A stretch of 64,000 nucleotides of DNA from Patescibacteria group bacterium (GTDB lineage Bacteria > Patescibacteriota > Minisyncoccia > Phycocordibacterales > UBA918): the NCBI GenBank assembly GCA_038065355.1, contig JBBTRC010000008.1, positions 5,406 through 69,405 on the forward strand. The letters are read 5' to 3'. This document shows, one piece after another, positions 38,222 to 47,828 of this stretch. The translations under genes and the position numbers were made by a program. The first letter of the stretch is position 1; each line of letters starts with the position of its first letter. The notes beneath the pieces are model-generated. The model saw only the letters and a list, made by a program, of their open reading frames with translations. It ran no database searches and was not told the DNA's origin.

Positions 38222-38458
38222 CTATCTTACAATATTTTGATAGTAACTATCTTCTTTGAAGTTGTTCTCCTGAGTCTGACTTTCATACGAGCCATCGCAA
38301 TACGAACTGTGGGACCATTTTGCCTCTCTGCAATCAACATACACGGTATTTTCCTTATCATATGAACTTTGGTTTTCCAGAAGCCCTCCGAAAATCATCC
38401 ACAATATAAAGAGTCCAAATAAAACACCCAGTATGTTTTTTATATTTTCTATATTCAT
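38222..38458 (-). CDS. Small membrane-anchored protein
   Basis: 78 aa, N-terminal TM. Confidence 0.3.
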   Translation of the reverse strand: MNIENIKNILGVLFGLFILWMIFGGLLENQSSYDKENTVYVDCREAKWSHSSYCDGSYESQTQENNFKEDSYYQNIVR

Positions 38459-38564
38459 GAATCTATGTTACCGCAATATCAAGCCAGCTCAAATCGGCTG
38501 GGACACTCGAGCTAGAACCGTGGACCGCAAAGCCCTGCTTGACGGTTTTACTATATTATTGAAT

Positions 38565-39161
38565 TCAATTTTGACCCGTCTCGTGCTCCTGCTCACTTAT
38601 TTCTTCAACCTGTGACATTAGTATCGAATACATATACAAACTTAACAACATTACACCCTCTTTCTCTGGGATAATTGAACTTAAAGAAATTTCCATACCC
38701 TCACGATATCTGGTCTGCAAATTTACCTCTATATAAACCATTTCTTTAGATTTATGATTCCATAGACGATATTTAATATCTACAGGATGTTCTTTCGTCA
38801 AAAATTGGTCTATTTTTCCACAAGTCTCAACACTTGTAATTAGTTCTTTGTCAAAGACGATTTCTTCCCATGAAGAATAAAATGGAAAATGAAGCAAGAG
38901 ATTTCTCAAGAAACCAACTAGATGCTTACCCACTAATTCAGTATGCGGTCTTTTTGAATTTGACAACAAAAAACCTAACGGTCTGTATTTAATCAACTCA
39001 ACATATACAGATAACAATTCTTTAACTACGAGCAACCTTTCTTCTTTTGCCTTACTCCAGAAACCTACACTAGAAACTTCTTTATACAAATCTAAAAACC
39101 TGTTGTAGCCTAGAGCAAGAAATTTTTCTTCTTGCTTTGATGGATATTTTCTATTTTCCAT
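38565..39161 (-). CDS. Hypothetical protein
   Basis: 198-aa ORF with AT-rich codon usage consistent with the island. Confidence 0.4.
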   Translation of the reverse strand: MENRKYPSKQEEKFLALGYNRFLDLYKEVSSVGFWSKAKEERLLVVKELLSVYVELIKYRPLGFLLSNSKRPHTELVGKHLVGFLRNLLLHFPFYSSWEEIVFDKELITSVETCGKIDQFLTKEHPVDIKYRLWNHKSKEMVYIEVNLQTRYREGMEISLSSIIPEKEGVMLLSLYMYSILMSQVEEISEQEHETGQN

Positions 39162-39233
39162 AAGTTCTTAAGACTAATTCATATAAAACAACTGTCTTGA
39201 GAAAGAGTGTTGACTGCTTTATTTAAGCAATGA

Positions 39234-39713
39234 CTACTTATCTTCTGTCAACAATTTGATTTCTTGAATTATAAGATCCACCTCACGCATATATTCCTGA
39301 TGCAAAAGTCCGTTACTTATCCCATACTTCTCAGTCCTGTTGAGTTCGATTAAAGTATTGTAGTACTGCAACCTTGAATTCAAACCATTTAGTTTTGCAG
39401 TAATTTTTAATGAAGCTGCCTGTTTAGTTAATGCTTCTCCAGAAGCTTCCTGCGCTTCTGCAGCTCGTTTTAACTCGGCTCTAGTCAATTCCAGTTCTTT
39501 CCTTTGCAATCCAAGTTCTTGAGTTTGAAGAATGATTGTGTAAATTATTCCCAAAAATGCAAAACCAGAGAACAAAGCATTTAAAGCGCCAAACGAATCT
39601 CCGAATAATCCACGATTGCTTAGTTCAGGATAAACATAAAATGTGAGACAAAGGTACCCAACAAAAAGAAATCCAAGTGTCACGACGCCAAAAAGGATCG
39701 TTTTAAAATTCAT
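39234..39713 (-). CDS. Membrane-anchored coiled-coil protein
   Basis: Two N-terminal TM segments, then a heptad-like ELELTRAELKRAAEAQEASGEALTKQAASLK. Confidence 0.4.
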   Translation of the reverse strand: MNFKTILFGVVTLGFLFVGYLCLTFYVYPELSNRGLFGDSFGALNALFSGFAFLGIIYTIILQTQELGLQRKELELTRAELKRAAEAQEASGEALTKQAASLKITAKLNGLNSRLQYYNTLIELNRTEKYGISNGLLHQEYMREVDLIIQEIKLLTEDK

Positions 39714-39962
39714 AAATCCATTATACCGCTTTCGAAAGTTTTGCTAAGTCTATGCAAAGTTAGATAAGCGTTAGGTTAACGCTCTTCGTGCTTTGCACGA
39801 GTTGGCTGCCCGACAGGGATTCGGTCACGAGTTACTAAGCATTGTACTCGCTACGCTCCTAAAATGCTAAGTACTCTCGACCCCGGCTCGCTGGTTCGTT
39901 GCGCTAGGAAATGAGCAACTCACATCGCTACGCCTTTCTCGTCCCAGTCTCGACATCTCCGA

Positions 39963-40000
39963 GCACTAAAAAACCTTGAGAAACAAGGCTTTTTTAGTGC
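39963..40000. terminator. Long palindromic hairpin gcactaaaaaaccttg-agaaa-caaggcttttttagtgc (bidirectional terminator-like) inside a GC-rich structured intergenic region
   Basis: Arms are reverse complements with one bulged C. Flanked by A6/T6 tracts. Confidence 0.4.
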
Positions 40001-40151
40001 TAGCTGGCTGTCACGGATGCGAACTTGCGTAGTAAGACCCCATAAGGGTATTTCACCACCCCTTCTACTCCTTGTATGAGGTGTCTCGGTCTCAGGGGTC
40101 ATTTTGTGAATGATACAGATGAGACACGAAACACCCGTCTCGGTCTCTGTC

Positions 40152-41483
40152 TCATTTACGCTTCTTGCGAACCTTTCGGGCTGATTTGACCTTCTCTCGA
40201 TGCAGTCGACGAGCTTCTTCTTTGGCTTTCCGCTCCTCCTCACGCTGTTTCATCTCCTCAGGCGGAACCACACGAAGATGATCCATGATTTTGTATCCCT
40301 TGAGGATTACGTACGGATCGCCAAAGTGATACCACGGATGCATCTGATTCCATTCCTTTCCATCTTTTACCTCCTTAACCATATGCGATTCAAGAAGCTT
40401 TTTCGGAGGCAGAAAATCCTTGTTGTCTTTGATCAGGAATAGCTGTGTATGCACACCCTCGCCATAATGAGTGACAGTGCGAGAATTGACGATACCTGCT
40501 CTAATCCACTTCTGGAGCGTCTGGCCTTTGACGTTGAAGTAGTGGTCGAAATCGTGTTTGGTATACCAACCGTCCTTGTTCTTTGCGAGAGACGCTGGTA
40601 TCTCCTTCTTGTCGATCGCCTTCTGGCAGACGAGGCACTTGATGCCGTACTGGTCGTACCAATTATCTCCCTCAGGAGTACTGTCTCCGCAGATGGCACA
40701 CCTATAGCCAACTCCTTCCCGATGAAAACCTTTGGGATTTTCTTCGAGTCTCTTATCTAGTGCTTTCTGCTTCTCGTCCCATTCCTCCATAAACTTACCA
40801 GCTCGCTCCATATTCCATTTTAGGTCTTGGAACTCTCGACCCTTCTCCTCAGTCAGACAGAAGCGGTCACGATCCTCGACAAAGTGTTCGTCGTACTCGT
40901 CTTCCGTCTTGGACCACACGTACTCATCCGTCTCTATATGCTTACACTTCGGACAAGTGTACGTGGTTACAATCTTTTCCTTATCATCGGTGACCGCTTC
41001 CTTGGTTGGATTGGCACACTTAGCACAAAGGTGAGGCTTAGATCGCCACTCCTCACCATCATTAAAAAATGCCCGACGTGGTAGGCACTTGTTCGGGCAT
41101 TCAAACATAAAGAGGACACGGTCTGGCTTGTCTTCGTCTCCGTGCCAAAGTTGCTTGTCTAAAACAGCGAGGCGGTTGCGACAGGTAAGGCAACGGATGT
41201 CTTCTGGTGGTTGTGCCGACTCCAGTAATTCATCTCGTTGTCGGTCTCGTTCCATCCACCCATTGATGGTCTTTTCCTTACTGAGGTATCGCTCACCCTT
41301 TTCAAACGTGAGCATCAGTTCATGGACGTAGTTCTTGACCGCCTCTGATTCTTTCTTGGTGACCTTCTTATCTTTCGGAATCTCAGTTTCGGATTGGGTC
41401 TTTTCAAGACGACGGCAACGCTCGACGGTATGCTTGTCGTATAGGTCTATGTAGTATTGTTTTGACTTAAGATGCTCTATCAC
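40152..41483 (-). CDS. Highly charged multi-zinc-ribbon protein with Lys/Arg-rich C-terminal tail
   Basis: 443 aa with at least six CxxC pairs (CLTCRN, CPNKC, CAKC, CPKCKH, CAICGD, CLVCQK). C-terminus EERKAKEEARRLHREKVKSARKVRKKRK. Confidence 0.5.
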   Translation of the reverse strand: MIEHLKSKQYYIDLYDKHTVERCRRLEKTQSETEIPKDKKVTKKESEAVKNYVHELMLTFEKGERYLSKEKTINGWMERDRQRDELLESAQPPEDIRCLTCRNRLAVLDKQLWHGDEDKPDRVLFMFECPNKCLPRRAFFNDGEEWRSKPHLCAKCANPTKEAVTDDKEKIVTTYTCPKCKHIETDEYVWSKTEDEYDEHFVEDRDRFCLTEEKGREFQDLKWNMERAGKFMEEWDEKQKALDKRLEENPKGFHREGVGYRCAICGDSTPEGDNWYDQYGIKCLVCQKAIDKKEIPASLAKNKDGWYTKHDFDHYFNVKGQTLQKWIRAGIVNSRTVTHYGEGVHTQLFLIKDNKDFLPPKKLLESHMVKEVKDGKEWNQMHPWYHFGDPYVILKGYKIMDHLRVVPPEEMKQREEERKAKEEARRLHREKVKSARKVRKKRK

Positions 41484-41513
41484 AGAATAATTATAAAATA
41501 TTCTGTGATAGAG
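41475..41513. promoter_or_regulatory. Perfect 15-bp inverted repeat (ctctatcacagaata ... tattctgtgatagag, 9-nt AT loop) overlapping the start codon of 40152..41483
   Basis: Exact reverse-complement arms, located between two co-directional minus-strand genes. Either an operator or a terminator. Confidence 0.4.
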
Positions 41514-41529
41514 GAAAATAGTATCTAAA

Positions 41530-42231
41530 TTATTTTCCCTTCACCGCTTGTCCGATGTGCCACACCAGCCGTTCGTACGACCAGCGATCAAGTGCTCTTT
41601 GTCCACTGAGCATTGAGGTAAAGAACATCGGTATTTTCTTTCCACCTCTAGTGAACCAATGGAAGCCACGTTCTGCATCCCATGAGAGGTCATCCTTTAT
41701 GTATTCACGAAGTATCTCTGAAGCTGTCGCATTAGTTACCACGACACAGCGAGGTTCGGTCTGCACCAAGATCTCCTCAAACAGCTTGATCTGATCCATT
41801 CCGAATTCGTTAAGCTTGCCCTTGCTTCGCACACGGTTCATAAAACTGCTCTGAGAAGTTTCCTTGTATAGAAAGAGGTCGATGTGTTGCCACTCAAGCC
41901 CAACCTTCTTGGCAATCTCTATCGGTCTGCCGAAGTATTGGGAATAGTTCTGGTATGCATAGTTCTCCATCTTGATGCAGTCATCGATCAGTTTAGGGTC
42001 GGATGAGATATTCTGCCACTTGAAAAAAGTGACCATGTCGAAATCTGCGTACTCGGTATCCTTGAGTATCGTCCTGAATCCGCGAGCACTGAACGATGGG
42101 TTCATTCCGACAAACAGCAGTCGGTCTTTGTGTAGCTCGTCATAAAAAAGCGGAGCGTACACATCAGTGTTGCCAGTAAAGTGTCTATTCCAAAGGGCTA
42201 CTATTTTCTGATTGATTTCCGAATTTCTCAT
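41530..42231 (-). CDS. Hypothetical protein, possibly uracil-DNA-glycosylase-superfamily-like
   Basis: LLFVGMNPS resembles the UDG-superfamily GxNPG motif and there is a C-terminal TSMLSGQ, so the assignment is weak. Confidence 0.3.
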   Translation of the reverse strand: MRNSEINQKIVALWNRHFTGNTDVYAPLFYDELHKDRLLFVGMNPSFSARGFRTILKDTEYADFDMVTFFKWQNISSDPKLIDDCIKMENYAYQNYSQYFGRPIEIAKKVGLEWQHIDLFLYKETSQSSFMNRVRSKGKLNEFGMDQIKLFEEILVQTEPRCVVVTNATASEILREYIKDDLSWDAERGFHWFTRGGKKIPMFFTSMLSGQRALDRWSYERLVWHIGQAVKGK

Positions 42232-42882
42232 ATATTGCTCGTATAATCACACTTGGGATAGGTACTGCATCCCATAAATCTGCCGAACTTTCCCTTACGT
42301 TCAACCAGCTGTCCTCCGCACTTTGGACATACGGTATCAGCTACTGGCATCTCGACATTAGCAAGCTTCATGTACTCCATGAGCTTGAAGCGGTCAACGA
42401 GTTCAATGGGCTTTCCTTCCGCAAACTTCTCAGCGTCGAGCGTGAACACGTTGGTGGTTATGAAATACCCCTTACCACCATCAATCTTGTCTGCAATAGC
42501 ACCGTAGAAGTCACGTACAGCTCCGACAGGAACTTGGCGAGTGATGAACCTTGCACTGAATGTAATGGACAACGCCGTCCTTCTCAGCTTCAACGTCGAT
42601 ACCGCCATCACCTCTGCCACCGACTGTTTTCGTCTTGTACCCGAGAGAGCGGAAAAGCTCCTCGATATAGTTCTCGAATTGAGTTGGCGTGAGGTATTGG
42701 AGATCCTGTATTTTCTTCTTCCCGAGAAACCACTTGATCTTGCTTTTTCTATCTAGGAGATCCGTCAGTATCCTGAAAGAAAGTGCCAGAAGCAAAACAC
42801 CCCCTGCCATTAGGTAGAGTCCTTTGAATTGCCAAAAGCTTTTCAGTGTCTGTATTAAAATGTCTCCTAAATTGAATTCCAT
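42228..42882 (-). pseudogene. Frameshifted gene for a TM-anchored Mrr-type restriction endonuclease catalytic domain (Mrr_cat) fused to a topoisomerase-type C4 zinc finger
   Basis: ORF 42511..42882 carries GDGGIDVEA ... YIQCK (first half of Mrr_cat). ORF 42228..42620 in another frame continues with RFITRQVPVGAVRDFYGAI ... GYFITTNVFT (second half of Mrr_cat) and CPKCGGQLVERKGKFGRFMGCSTYPKCDY (zf-C4_Topoisom). The frames cross at about 42550 within an aagg run. Confidence 0.5.
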
Positions 42883-42896
42883 ATTTTTAAAATTAA

Positions 42897-44081
42897 TTAA
42901 GTCGTCTTTACTTCCTCAAGTTTTTCGTAGGTCATCAATGGTTCCGTGACTATTCCAGAAAAATACTCTTGGATATGTGGGTTATACCTGAACCATTCGG
43001 TTAACAATTCTTGAGCTAAACTTAGATCGAAGACCCCTTCCACAAGGAACATCTTGTGTCGTTTGCCAATTTTTTCGTCTAAATCCAATCCACTCTCTAT
43101 CTGATAATAGTATTTTTTATATTCGTCTAATTCAAATACACGCACCGCACCATCTAAATGTGTGAAGCACTCCTTTTTCTGGTCAAAACAGAAATGTGCA
43201 AATTTCTGAATAGAGTACTTCTCACCCATACCTGAAGACTTTCCGCCAAGTGGTGCTTCAACCGGACAGTATTCCTCAATCATGAACTCACGAAGTCCGT
43301 TGTCCATCATTTTTGTTCTAAAAACTGTATGCCTGACATCGTAACTCATGCAATGAACTCCACGGCTCGAATGTAATGTCCTTTCGTTACGATGCGAATC
43401 TTTCAGCAAAGACTCTGTAAAGGGCGGACCATACCAGTGATCGAACTCCATTATTTCTCTGTAGTTTTTTGCATCAGTAATTCTTAAGGGATCCAGTCTT
43501 ACAGAGACATTTGCTCCAGCGTCAAACGCCTTATCTAGTAAGGATGGCATACCAACAAAATGAGAAGAGTAGTATCTTCGAAGAAATTGATGGGGGTATA
43601 TCAATTTAGTGCCTCCAAAGATAATCCCGTGGTTCTTCATTTGTATACGATTATCAGAAAGATTCACAAGAAAATCATCACTGATTTCAATCTTCAATTC
43701 ATTAAAAAGTGATTGATCTAGAATATGCTCGACATGATCATCTAGTCGAAGTCCCTTTTTCTGTACAAGAGCCATGCTTATATGCATCGCGACTTTATCT
43801 AGATCAAGATTTTCCTTATCTTGTCCAAAAAATAAAGCGTAACTTAGCCATTCTGGCTTTGGTGTCAAACTAATAAGTTCTTTAAAATTATTTTCATCTG
43901 CTACAAAAGTCTTGATAAGCGAATATAATTTTGAGCAGTATTTTCCAATATCTGTTTTTGGATTATCCGATATAAAGACATGCATATCTACCAATGCAAA
44001 TAGATTTCGATTTGCCAGTTCAATAGCAATAGTATTTGTTATTTCATCTATTTCTTTATTATTTAATAATTTTTCCTGCAT
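42897..44081 (-). CDS. Hypothetical protein
   Basis: 394-aa ORF, no motifs. Confidence 0.45.
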   Translation of the reverse strand: MQEKLLNNKEIDEITNTIAIELANRNLFALVDMHVFISDNPKTDIGKYCSKLYSLIKTFVADENNFKELISLTPKPEWLSYALFFGQDKENLDLDKVAMHISMALVQKKGLRLDDHVEHILDQSLFNELKIEISDDFLVNLSDNRIQMKNHGIIFGGTKLIYPHQFLRRYYSSHFVGMPSLLDKAFDAGANVSVRLDPLRITDAKNYREIMEFDHWYGPPFTESLLKDSHRNERTLHSSRGVHCMSYDVRHTVFRTKMMDNGLREFMIEEYCPVEAPLGGKSSGMGEKYSIQKFAHFCFDQKKECFTHLDGAVRVFELDEYKKYYYQIESGLDLDEKIGKRHKMFLVEGVFDLSLAQELLTEWFRYNPHIQEYFSGIVTEPLMTYEKLEEVKTT

Positions 44082-44085
44082 ATGG

Positions 44086-44952
44086 TTAATACCAACAAAC
44101 TTCGGACTTGCTATCTGTCAGATTCTCCAAATATATTTCTGCCTCACGCAGACCACCAATATCATCAATTAGATGAAGTTCTTTTGCTCGCTCACCAAGC
44201 ACAGAAGATCCATCGGAAATAATTTCAACTTCAGTTAAGGGAATATTTCTATTGGTCGATACATCTGCAATAAAGTTCTGATGTACGATTTTAATATCTC
44301 TTAAAAATATCTGTCTTTCTTCCTCTGTGAGAGGACGATCAGGATCACCTGCATCTTTGTATTTTCCTGAACTCAATTGCACGTAGTCACTTCCATCTTT
44401 TTGATTTTTTCCTACGTTCTGGAGATAAGATGCTGTGACACCAATACTTCCAACATCAGAATTTTTGGAAGCAAAGATATAATCTGCACCTGTTACTGCC
44501 CAATAAGCCGCAGAGAGTCCACTTTGTCTTATTACGGCAACAGTAGGTTTCTCACTATTCTTAAGAGAATTGGCAACTTCCTCGCCAGCAACTGGTAAGC
44601 CTCCCAATGAATCAACCTCAATCAAGATTGCTTCAATAGCATCATCTTCATTTGCCTGCTTAATCAAATAGTTTATATCTTCACTTGCTACAATATCTTT
44701 GTCGATAAAAACATCGTCTTCACTTTGGGGTGGAATATATGTCCAAAGTGTTCCATGTAAATTAATACCCATAATCGAACAATCGTAGTCCTCATCTGAA
44801 TATTCATTGGAGGTTGCAATAAAGGGTGCCTTAATTACTCCATCGTAAATCGCATAGCTGACAATTGCTAATACGATAAATGACAATCCAAACCCTATCT
44901 TCTTTAAGACAATTCCTTTTCCATTCCAGATTTTTATTAGTTGATTATTCAT
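44086..44952 (-). CDS. Membrane-anchored S49-family serine peptidase (SppA / ClpP-fold; the same family as phage prohead proteases)
   Basis: N-terminal TM, and an S49 core with IDSLGGLPVAGEEVAN ... VIRQSGLSAAYWAVTGADYIFASKNSDVGSIGV (Ser nucleophile context). Confidence 0.65.
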   Translation of the reverse strand: MNNQLIKIWNGKGIVLKKIGFGLSFIVLAIVSYAIYDGVIKAPFIATSNEYSDEDYDCSIMGINLHGTLWTYIPPQSEDDVFIDKDIVASEDINYLIKQANEDDAIEAILIEVDSLGGLPVAGEEVANSLKNSEKPTVAVIRQSGLSAAYWAVTGADYIFASKNSDVGSIGVTASYLQNVGKNQKDGSDYVQLSSGKYKDAGDPDRPLTEEERQIFLRDIKIVHQNFIADVSTNRNIPLTEVEIISDGSSVLGERAKELHLIDDIGGLREAEIYLENLTDSKSEVCWY

Positions 44953-44955
44953 GAA

Positions 44956-45537
44956 TTAATATTGGTCAAATTGCGAAAGATCAACATCGCTTGCACTCGC
45001 TGTACCGCCAGTCACTTCATTTAATGTTACTTCCCATCCTGCTGACTGTGTAGCTGTTGTTTCAAACTCAAATGTCTCATCGAATGCAGAGGCGTGAGCA
45101 TTTCGATTGAATTTCTGCGTCGATGTATTCCAATCTGTTCCTTGTGCAAATGCAAGCCAATATGTACCGTCATCTATATTTTCCATTGTGTAAGTACTGT
45201 TGGCTTTGATGTATACAGTAAGTACTGAGGCACCGTCACGAATCAATTTTGCCACCGCGTCATAACTAGTTCCATTACTAATTTGCAACTGTCCTTCACC
45301 TTGCAAATACACACTTTGCTTCTTCAAGACAGTACCAGTCGGAAGCGAATTTCCTGGCGTAAGATCTGGAACCTGTACTGTCTCTTGCTGAGATGGCGTT
45401 CCTGGCGAAGGAGTTGGCAGAGGTGATGATGTGCTGGTGTCTTCCATAGCCCCCCAAATAATCAAACCAACAACAATTAGCCAGGACCACCAGCGGGCCA
45501 CAAATCGAAGAACGTCTTTTATTGATAAGTTTTGCAT
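44956..45537 (-). CDS. Secreted hypothetical protein
   Basis: N-terminal TM/signal (WWSWLIVVGLIIWGAM), followed by a Pro/Ser/Thr linker. Confidence 0.45.
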   Translation of the reverse strand: MQNLSIKDVLRFVARWWSWLIVVGLIIWGAMEDTSTSSPLPTPSPGTPSQQETVQVPDLTPGNSLPTGTVLKKQSVYLQGEGQLQISNGTSYDAVAKLIRDGASVLTVYIKANSTYTMENIDDGTYWLAFAQGTDWNTSTQKFNRNAHASAFDETFEFETTATQSAGWEVTLNEVTGGTASASDVDLSQFDQY

Positions 45538-45543
45538 AAAATA

Positions 45544-45864
45544 TTAATCATTATTTTTATAATGTTTTGGCGACCTAAAGAACAGAACCGCCACTACAAT
45601 ATCCACAACAGACCAAAGGAAGTGACCGAAATATAGTGGGTTGATCGGATTAAAAACAATAGCGATACCAATCATGATCAACATCCATTTCTTGTTCTTT
45701 TCTTTATGATAAAGATACACAGAGAATACAGCCGATCCAAAAACCACAAGTTTCAACGCTTGGTAAAAGAAATAAGGCCAGATTGGAATTACAGCAACAA
45801 GCAAAACAATGGCCGCAATCTTTGAGAATAGTATTCGATATTCGCTTTGTTCTTTGGTTACCAT
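45544..45864 (-). CDS. Small polytopic membrane protein
   Basis: 106 aa, three hydrophobic segments. Confidence 0.4.
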   Translation of the reverse strand: MVTKEQSEYRILFSKIAAIVLLVAVIPIWPYFFYQALKLVVFGSAVFSVYLYHKEKNKKWMLIMIGIAIVFNPINPLYFGHFLWSVVDIVVAVLFFRSPKHYKNND

Positions 45865-45869
45865 ATTTT

Positions 45870-47048
45870 TTACGATCGTTCTAAATCACCGAATTGACTA
45901 TAGTAGGCAATTTCCTCGACTGAAATCGAAGGGGTAAATTTTTTGATTGCATTAATCAACATTTTTTCATTGACCATTTGCTCATCCTCTAATACTGCCG
46001 CACGAGCCGCTTCGGTTACGATAAGCTCAATATCTGATCCTACATAGTTCTCAGACATCTTAGCGAGCTTTTCAAAATCAATTTTTTTATCATAAGGTCG
46101 ACCTGAGAGACAGATTTTAAATAAGTCCCTCCGTGCTTCTAGGTCTGGTGGTCCAACAAATATACGCTTGTCCATTCGTCCAGATCGTAAGATTGCCGTG
46201 TCGATCATGTGAGGACGGTTTGTGGCTCCCACAACTAAGATTTTACTGCTACCAGCATTGTTAAGCTGGAGGAGAAACTCGTTGATTTCTTCTTTCTTAA
46301 TATCTGCGGATGAACTGAGTTCTTCTCGCTTTGGGATAAGACCCTCGATCTCATCAATAAAGACAATTGATGGTGCCTGCAGTCTTGCCATCTCAAAGAC
46401 TTTGCCAATATTTCCAACGGCACCGTGCACATATGACGTGGCAACAGAAGATGGATTCATTTCTATAAAACTGTACCCAAGTTGTTCAGCCAACTTTTTA
46501 ACAATAAAGGTCTTCCCACATCCAGGAGGTCCGAACAACAAGATACCGTTAGGGATACCTAGCTTAAATTTCTTATACTTCTCTGGGTTCATGAGTGGCT
46601 CAATCACATCATTCATAAGCATTGCTTTGAGGGGCCTCATTCCTGCAACACAATCAAAACCTCGCAAGACAGTCAGGTCATCGATGATTGCAGTAATCTT
46701 GTCGTGAGAATGCTCGTCAGTTATAACACCGAGGTATTTTTTACCGCTTATTTCGAGATGTACGAGATCGTACTTTTGACTACGGTCAATAATCTCATCC
46801 TGTTGGATGTTGGTAAATAAATAGAGGAACTTATCATTTGAAAGCGAATACACCTCAGTGAAAAAAATCTTTTCTACACGAGCAACCACACTCAATTTAT
46901 CTTTGAGTTTGTAGCCTGGGTGTAAAAGTGGTTTTGTTGGATTTGTCATATATTTATATTTAATAAGGTGCTGTACATATGTATTTACCGTCCTCGACGT
47001 AACCGGCATATCTACTATTTCGACCCACATCTTTTTCACATATTGCAT
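45870..47048 (-). CDS. Classical-clade AAA+ ATPase (CDC48/FtsH/SpoVK-like single AAA module)
   Basis: Walker A GILLFGPPGCGKT, Walker B SIVFIDEIEGL, SRH ATNRPHMIDTAILRSGRMD. The likely true start is Met34 at 46949, just after the upstream stop. Confidence 0.8.
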   Translation of the reverse strand: MQYVKKMWVEIVDMPVTSRTVNTYVQHLIKYKYMTNPTKPLLHPGYKLKDKLSVVARVEKIFFTEVYSLSNDKFLYLFTNIQQDEIIDRSQKYDLVHLEISGKKYLGVITDEHSHDKITAIIDDLTVLRGFDCVAGMRPLKAMLMNDVIEPLMNPEKYKKFKLGIPNGILLFGPPGCGKTFIVKKLAEQLGYSFIEMNPSSVATSYVHGAVGNIGKVFEMARLQAPSIVFIDEIEGLIPKREELSSSADIKKEEINEFLLQLNNAGSSKILVVGATNRPHMIDTAILRSGRMDKRIFVGPPDLEARRDLFKICLSGRPYDKKIDFEKLAKMSENYVGSDIELIVTEAARAAVLEDEQMVNEKMLINAIKKFTPSISVEEIAYYSQFGDLERS

Positions 47049-47823
47049 TTATCGATGCTGTACTAACACACGAGTTTCTCTCAATGTCCCAGTCATATCC
47101 ATATCCACAATCGCACACTCGTTTCCCATCTTCCGTAGTCGAATAAGCACCAGTTCCATAACTATTCACGCACGACTGATTGAACGAGCTAAGGGAATAA
47201 CATGCAGTTCGCCCGCTATCCCAGTAAGAACCAACTTCACAATCACATATGTTTTTTCCGTCAGCAGGATCTACTTTAAGGAAACTTGTCCCTGGCCACT
47301 GTGAAGCACAGCTTTCATCACGTGCAACTGTGAAGTTTACGCACTGTTGCGAGGTAGCACCTAAGGAATATCCAGCTGTACAACCGCAAGAATTCGTAGC
47401 ACTATCATATGTTGCATTGTATCCATTACGCTCCTGACAAATTTCTAGAGGAGTTTGAACCACAGGAGTTGTTTGTGTCCTTTCGGCTACTGGAACGTAG
47501 GAATTTGTATCTGTCTCTGCTTCGACATCTGTTTCTGAAGTATCAAAAATATCATTCAATGATTCGCTATTTGAGGGTGGGGGCAAAGTATTAGTCGTTG
47601 CTGTGCTATTACTATCTCCACTACTGGCACTTACAGCAATAATAATTATTAAAACTCCAAGAGCAATCGCTCCCAGTGTCCATTTAGCACCATCTGACAT
47701 TGCTGACTCATCAACCGTCGATTTATGTGACGGTTGATGAGATCCCTTCTTTTCTGATTTTTTAGGAGCACCTTCCCCAAGGAAGTCCAAATCAAGTTTT
47801 AGTTTTTTATCTTTATGCTCCAT
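46960..47823 (-). CDS. Membrane-anchored extracytoplasmic cysteine-rich protein
   Basis: Lys-rich N-terminus, one TM (LGAIALGVLIIIIAVSA), Thr/Ser-rich linker, and a C-terminal domain with at least 16 Cys in repeated CxC/GY patterns. Confidence 0.45.
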   Translation of the reverse strand: MEHKDKKLKLDLDFLGEGAPKKSEKKGSHQPSHKSTVDESAMSDGAKWTLGAIALGVLIIIIAVSASSGDSNSTATTNTLPPPSNSESLNDIFDTSETDVEAETDTNSYVPVAERTQTTPVVQTPLEICQERNGYNATYDSATNSCGCTAGYSLGATSQQCVNFTVARDESCASQWPGTSFLKVDPADGKNICDCEVGSYWDSGRTACYSLSSFNQSCVNSYGTGAYSTTEDGKRVCDCGYGYDWDIERNSCVSTASINAICEKDVGRNSRYAGYVEDGKYICTAPY

Positions 47824-47828
47824 AGTTT

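Noticed and set aside
42228-42882. Treating 42511..42882 and 42228..42620 as two independent small genes
   Set aside because: The Mrr_cat domain motifs are split across the two frames at a single point. A frameshift or pseudogene is the simpler explanation.
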